This document shows positions 59,748 to 64,000 of a stretch of DNA of 64,000 nucleotides, one piece after another (the first letter of the stretch is position 1; every line of letters begins with the position of its first letter). Origin of the DNA: a virus. The DNA is taken from IMG/VR virus record IMGVR_UViG_3300017971_000278, positions 1-64,000 of that record; one strand, given 5' to 3'. The notes under the pieces are model-generated. The model was not told the DNA's origin. It did not search any database and saw only the letters and a list, made by a program, of their open reading frames with translations. A program made the position numbers and the translations under genes.

Positions 59748-62700
59748 CTATTTTGTAGTAGCACTAAATCTACGGTGTTTTCTACCACCGTTATGGGCAG
59801 TACGGTAGCCAATACCAACAGCCTCTGTGCTAATCTTACGGAATTTTTTTATCCTTGCTGTGCGGCGAGGATCTTTAATATGTTTACCAACTGCTGTCTT
59901 CTGAGATATCATCTCAGCAGCTTGTGGTTTAATATTACCAGCTACCTTTGTTTTTGCAAAAGCATCAGCGATTACTTCTGTCCTAGCAGTAGCATTAATA
60001 GCAAAATCTGTTTTTGCCATAGAACTAGCGGCCAGTTCAGTTTTACCAACAAGATTAAAATCTATTTCAGTTTTTCCAGCTATGTTGAAATCAGGTTTTG
60101 TTCTAGCAAAATTCAGTGCATCACTTTTGGCCACGCCGGGATTATTTTTATTATAGTGGCTTATGGCATCTCGTCTTACTTGAATAAGTTTATCAAACTG
60201 ATTATCTACAGATTGCATTGCATTTTTAACCCATTCAGTATTGGGATTTTTAACAACATCAGAAACACCAAGGTCGATAATAGCAACTCTTCCTTTGCCT
60301 TTGTCCCACATGATATTTCTATGCGCTATATCTTTATGCAGCACACCTTTCTTAGCCATCTCTTTTGCTTCTCGACGCGCTTCTGCAATAGCAGAATCAG
60401 GTAAACTTATACCTTGTTTATTAATTAACTGAAACGCATCTTTGCCAGACATTAGCTCCATGTATAATATATCTTTATCAGAACCATACGCTGTAGGAGT
60501 AATACCATGTCTACCAGTTTGTTTTAATGCCTTAACTTCTGTTATGAAACTTTTTTCAATCGGTTCCATAATCATTGGTATGTCCCCAAAATTCTTTCTT
60601 GTACTTTCTAGTATTTCTTTTCGGGCATATGAAAACTTCTGACCACCTACAACTGTTTCATATTGCCAAGTCTCTCCAAAACCACCTTCACCAAGTTTTT
60701 TGACTCTTTTGCCTTGTCTAAGAGATTCTTGAAACATTTTGCTTTTAATAAGATCGTCTGTATTTTGCCCAAGAGCTTTGGCTAATCCTTTGACGGCATC
60801 ATATTTAGAACCAAAATCGCTTATGTCTTTTATTGATCTAGCACCAAGGCTATTTTTTGCTCCAGGATGTAATCCAGGTTTAGAATTATAACTATCGCCT
60901 TTCTTTAATCCTTTGTTAATAGACTTGTTGGATTTTAATTTAACATTGTTAAATACTTCACCATAGATCATAGCTGTTTTCTGTTGGTAATATTGTTTTT
61001 TTAAAGCACGTTGTTGTTCAACAAGAACACCACCGCCACCTTTACGTATTTTACTTTGTACTCTCCGCAATTCTTTCACGGTATTCATCATTTGTTCTGG
61101 TCTTACAGGTCCATAAACATCAATACCTTCACTCTTGCGAAGCAATGCAGCTACTTCCATTCCTTCTTTGCCAAGCTGTTTCGCGTATTTAGCTTCTTCT
61201 TTGATTACTTGTGGCGACCAGTGTGAACCAAATTTCATCTTTGCTAACTCTGCAGGATCAGAGCCGAATGCTTTCTTGACACGAGTACCATATTTTACTT
61301 CTGCAATTTCATGATAGAGACCTATTTCTTCAAGCGTTTTAGTATATCTACTATATTTCTTGCTGCCATATTTAATTCCGCCTTCCTTAAGGACATCGAA
61401 CGCAAACATTTTTACATTACCAGGATATACAGTTCTGCCTTCGACAAAAGACAATGGTCCAGCTAATCTCAAACGCTCGGCGTGTGTGGCGATAGCTTCT
61501 TTAGAGGCTCCTTTACCAGCAACAGCCGAAACATACTCTTCAATTGTTTTAACGACAGTAATATCCTCTTGTTTGATAATATTTTTTAAAGAAGGTTTTT
61601 TCTTTCTAAATACTTTTCCTACTGTATTAAGCAGTCTACGCCAACCAGAACCAAACTCAGTTAATTTTTTCCTTGTGTTTTCAGCCATCCCTCCATGGCG
61701 AAGACCTTCAATAGTATTGTGCTCATCGTCAGATCCAGAAAATATATTATATCCGAGTACTGCTGCAACACCAGCTGTTAGTCCTGCTACTGCCATACTT
61801 AGTTTGCTCTTTTTATTTGTTAGTGCATATTTAAGCCTGCTTCCAACAAGAGGATTTGAAATATTCCCAAATGATCTTTGGGCTTCAACTATTTTTAATT
61901 CTCCTTGTTTTGTAAGTGCAATGTCCAATGCGCTGATTTCATATGGCAAATATACGGAAGCTTTTGAGGCGAATTTCTCTAGTCTTTGTTTCATTTTTTT
62001 ATCAAAGACAGGTTCTATAATTTCAAAAGGATTACCTTTAAATTCACCTTTGTCGGCCAAATCTTTCATTGCAGTATAGCCAAACTTCTTTATTGTTTCT
62101 CGTGTTTTTGGACTGCCGAATCTATATGTTGTATGTATGGGTAGGCCACCCGCTGTAACTACACGATACTCTTCAGCAATATCTATTTTTGGTTGAACTA
62201 AATATTTTGTTGGGTTCCAGGCAACCTCTTCTTGGATGTCCATAGGAACTTTATCCATGTTAAGCCATACACCTTTTCCAAGTGCAGCATAATTTTTCTT
62301 TAAGACTATATTCTCTAGGCTACCCCCAGCTCTTTCTAAAAATTCCTCTGCCGCTTCGTCTCCTATAAAAAATTCACCAGCTGGCATTGTTTCTATATGT
62401 AGATTGCTAATTCCACGTTTTTTTAACAGTTCCCAGGTAGCTAACTTGTCATTGCCAATATCCCAGTTACCAACGTTTAATCCATGTTTTGCAATCTCTT
62501 CTATTTTTTCAGATCCAGAATGGACGTATGTAAGACCCTTGAATCCCTTAACATCACCTAAAGAAGAAGTTGGGTTGATTGGTCCGAAAAGAAGATTCAT
62601 TGTGCCCCTGGCAACTGGTTTAAGTTTTTTCCTATTTATTCCGGTAAAATCTTTAAATGCAAATGGGTCGTATGTCCTAAGTCCATGTTTCGTTCCAATC

Positions 62701-63617
62701 TTTCTCATTCTTTTAAGTTCTGGATACCGTGACATCTCTTTCTTGCTAAATGGATATATTAACTTTGAAATGCCTTTGTATGCGCCAAAACCACTAATAC
62801 CTGCGGCACCCGCACCAACAAAAGAAAACTGTTTAGTTTTTTCTTTATTTTCTCCTTGATACCCAGAACCAAAATCAGTTAGCTTTTTCCTAGTGTGTTC
62901 AGCCATCCCTCCGTGGCGCAAACCCTCTATAGTATTATATATATTGTCAAATCCAGTTTTTGCGACTTTTACTGTAGAGTCATATCTGTCTTTTAAAGTA
63001 TTTTGTACTTCTGTAGAATACTCATCTATATAATCTAAATATTCATATGGAAGTTCGCCCATGAGACGTTCTTCCATTGTAGCTGTCTTTCCTTGAATTT
63101 TTCCTTTTGCGTAGTAATAAAGCCCAGGTATGCCTTCTGTAATAACATGTGGTAAGCCTGCAATAAATTTACCAGCAGTATCGACAAAATCAGATTTTTG
63201 TCTTTTGGCTTTTTCAACAAGCATAGTAGAAGAATGATGCTCATCTTCGTGTATTGTCCAGTTCTCTTTAAATTCATGAAGATGATGTTTTAAATCTAAA
63301 TGCCTAAAACTTTCTGAAGAAAGCTGGCCAGTTTCTGGGATTGCTATTTGTACAGGAAGAAAACCTAATTGACCAAGTTCTTCTTTGTTTATTATTTTTT
63401 TAGGTATTAAAATACGTTTGTGGCCGGTACCACTATATACACCATATTTATCTAGTGCTTCAGTAAACCATTCAAATTGTTTTTCTAATTTTGCTTTTTT
63501 GTCTTCGGCGCTGGCAAATACTGAATCTTCTTCGAATAGACCAGAAGATACAGGTTCACTGAATTTATTGGAATAAGATCTTATTGAAGATTTGACTAGG
63601 CTTGCAATTGTTGCCAC
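59748..63617 (-). CDS. Multidomain polyprotein: His-rich domain + ATP-grasp + HExxE domain + Ser/Thr protein kinase, separated by repeated linkers
   Basis: GTG start overlapping the upstream TAG. ATP-grasp motifs NDKL, VLK....GKGV, YLVQ, EYRV, ALDI, IVEAQ; kinase motifs LGEGGFG, ARKE, HKDIAHRN, DLG. Confidence 0.85.
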   Translation of the reverse strand: MATIASLVKSSIRSYSNKFSEPVSSGLFEEDSVFASAEDKKAKLEKQFEWFTEALDKYGVYSGTGHKRILIPKKIINKEELGQLGFLPVQIAIPETGQLSSESFRHLDLKHHLHEFKENWTIHEDEHHSSTMLVEKAKRQKSDFVDTAGKFIAGLPHVITEGIPGLYYYAKGKIQGKTATMEERLMGELPYEYLDYIDEYSTEVQNTLKDRYDSTVKVAKTGFDNIYNTIEGLRHGGMAEHTRKKLTDFGSGYQGENKEKTKQFSFVGAGAAGISGFGAYKGISKLIYPFSKKEMSRYPELKRMRKIGTKHGLRTYDPFAFKDFTGINRKKLKPVARGTMNLLFGPINPTSSLGDVKGFKGLTYVHSGSEKIEEIAKHGLNVGNWDIGNDKLATWELLKKRGISNLHIETMPAGEFFIGDEAAEEFLERAGGSLENIVLKKNYAALGKGVWLNMDKVPMDIQEEVAWNPTKYLVQPKIDIAEEYRVVTAGGLPIHTTYRFGSPKTRETIKKFGYTAMKDLADKGEFKGNPFEIIEPVFDKKMKQRLEKFASKASVYLPYEISALDIALTKQGELKIVEAQRSFGNISNPLVGSRLKYALTNKKSKLSMAVAGLTAGVAAVLGYNIFSGSDDEHNTIEGLRHGGMAENTRKKLTEFGSGWRRLLNTVGKVFRKKKPSLKNIIKQEDITVVKTIEEYVSAVAGKGASKEAIATHAERLRLAGPLSFVEGRTVYPGNVKMFAFDVLKEGGIKYGSKKYSRYTKTLEEIGLYHEIAEVKYGTRVKKAFGSDPAELAKMKFGSHWSPQVIKEEAKYAKQLGKEGMEVAALLRKSEGIDVYGPVRPEQMMNTVKELRRVQSKIRKGGGGVLVEQQRALKKQYYQQKTAMIYGEVFNNVKLKSNKSINKGLKKGDSYNSKPGLHPGAKNSLGARSIKDISDFGSKYDAVKGLAKALGQNTDDLIKSKMFQESLRQGKRVKKLGEGGFGETWQYETVVGGQKFSYARKEILESTRKNFGDIPMIMEPIEKSFITEVKALKQTGRHGITPTAYGSDKDILYMELMSGKDAFQLINKQGISLPDSAIAEARREAKEMAKKGVLHKDIAHRNIMWDKGKGRVAIIDLGVSDVVKNPNTEWVKNAMQSVDNQFDKLIQVRRDAISHYNKNNPGVAKSDALNFARTKPDFNIAGKTEIDFNLVGKTELAASSMAKTDFAINATARTEVIADAFAKTKVAGNIKPQAAEMISQKTAVGKHIKDPRRTARIKKFRKISTEAVGIGYRTAHNGGRKHRRFSATTK
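59940..60107 (-). repeat. Six 10-aa-period [AG][KR]T repeats after the kinase domain
   Basis: ARTKPDFNIA GKTEIDFNLV GKTELAASSM AKTDFAINAT ARTEVIADAF AKTK. Confidence 0.7.
60804..60887 (-). repeat. Linker repeat copy 3 (diverged)
   Basis: NSKPGLHPGAKNSLGARSIKDISDFGSK; retains N...GL..G.....DFGS. Confidence 0.6.
61644..61718 (-). repeat. Linker repeat copy 2
   Basis: NTIEGLRHGGMAENTRKKLTEFGSG. Confidence 0.92.
62862..62936 (-). repeat. Linker repeat copy 1
   Basis: NTIEGLRHGGMAEHTRKKLTDFGSG; 23/25 aa and 64/75 nt identical to copy 2. Confidence 0.92.
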
Positions 63618-64000
63618 TATTCATCACTGGTCCAATCAGCGTCTATAATTGAAAGGTCTTCTGATACTTTTTCTGCATCAGCTTTAATTTTATCAAGTGA
63701 TGAGGTATTTTGCGGGAGTTGTTCGTCGCTAAACTTGTCTTTTAGGTCTGCCAAGAAGGTGGAAGCATCTGTTTCTTCTGACTTTTTAAGGGCTGCAGCT
63801 TTTTTCCATTTTTCTCTTCTAGTGGCAGACATTGCTTCTAGAATTGACATTCTGTTACGATGGGCTGTTTCTTTTGCGGCCAGCAAAGGATGGAGACTTA
63901 CTGTCTCTGTGATATTACCATCGCGCTCAATTATGGTACTAGCCAACAATGAGGCGTCTTCTGGGTCTCTCGCGCCAGACAAACCAAGATTAGCTCTATA
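63617..64000 (-). CDS. 5'-partial helical protein, possibly terminase small subunit
   Basis: Frame is open to the window edge (YRANLGLSGARDP...), so the track start at 63982 is not the true start. HPLL...R..ILE.M.ATR pattern resembles small terminase C-termini; call is tentative. Confidence 0.45.
   Translation of the reverse strand, partial: YRANLGLSGARDPEDASLLASTIIERDGNITETVSLHPLLAAKETAHRNRMSILEAMSATRREKWKKAAALKKSEETDASTFLADLKDKFSDEQLPQNTSSLDKIKADAEKVSEDLSIIDADWTSDE

Noticed and set aside
61644-62936. The 75-bp direct repeats as CRISPR repeats, att sites or a DGR template/variable pair
   Set aside because: They are in-frame coding, 1.2 kb apart, and differ mostly at synonymous positions without adenine-specific bias; no cas, integrase or reverse transcriptase gene is in the window.
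1-64000. Extracellular contractile injection system or tailocin rather than phage
   Set aside because: Terminase, portal, protease/scaffold and major capsid genes are present, so this is a complete DNA-packaging virion module.

Overview
The window is a 64 kb, AT-rich, densely coded virion-morphogenesis region of a large myovirus-type (contractile-tail) bacteriophage. Every credible gene is on the minus strand, and many are coupled by TAATG/TAGTG stop-start overlaps. Reading in transcription order (right to left) it encodes: a partial terminase-small-subunit-like gene, a 1289-aa multidomain protein, two Gly/Ala-rich membrane-type proteins, large terminase, four unknowns, a portal-MuF fusion, a prohead protease/scaffold, head decoration protein, major capsid protein, neck proteins, tail sheath, three tail-tube paralogues, two tail chaperones, two very large proteins in the tape-measure position, baseplate hub and wedge, and fibre/adhesin proteins. 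The two strongest discoveries both look like virion-delivered enzymes. (1) The 1467-aa protein in the tape-measure locus carries, in the correct order, motifs of both double-psi beta-barrels of a cellular-type RNA polymerase (RHP...GDFDKD), so it is a candidate single-chain virion RNAP. (2) The 1289-aa protein is a cassette-like polyprotein in which a His-rich domain, an ATP-grasp ligase, an HExxE domain and a Ser/Thr kinase are separated by a repeated linker (NTIEGLRHGGMAExTRKKLTxFGSG) whose DNA differences are mostly synonymous. All functional calls come from motif recognition by eye and gene order; no database search was run. I saw no tRNA, rRNA, CRISPR array or mobile element.
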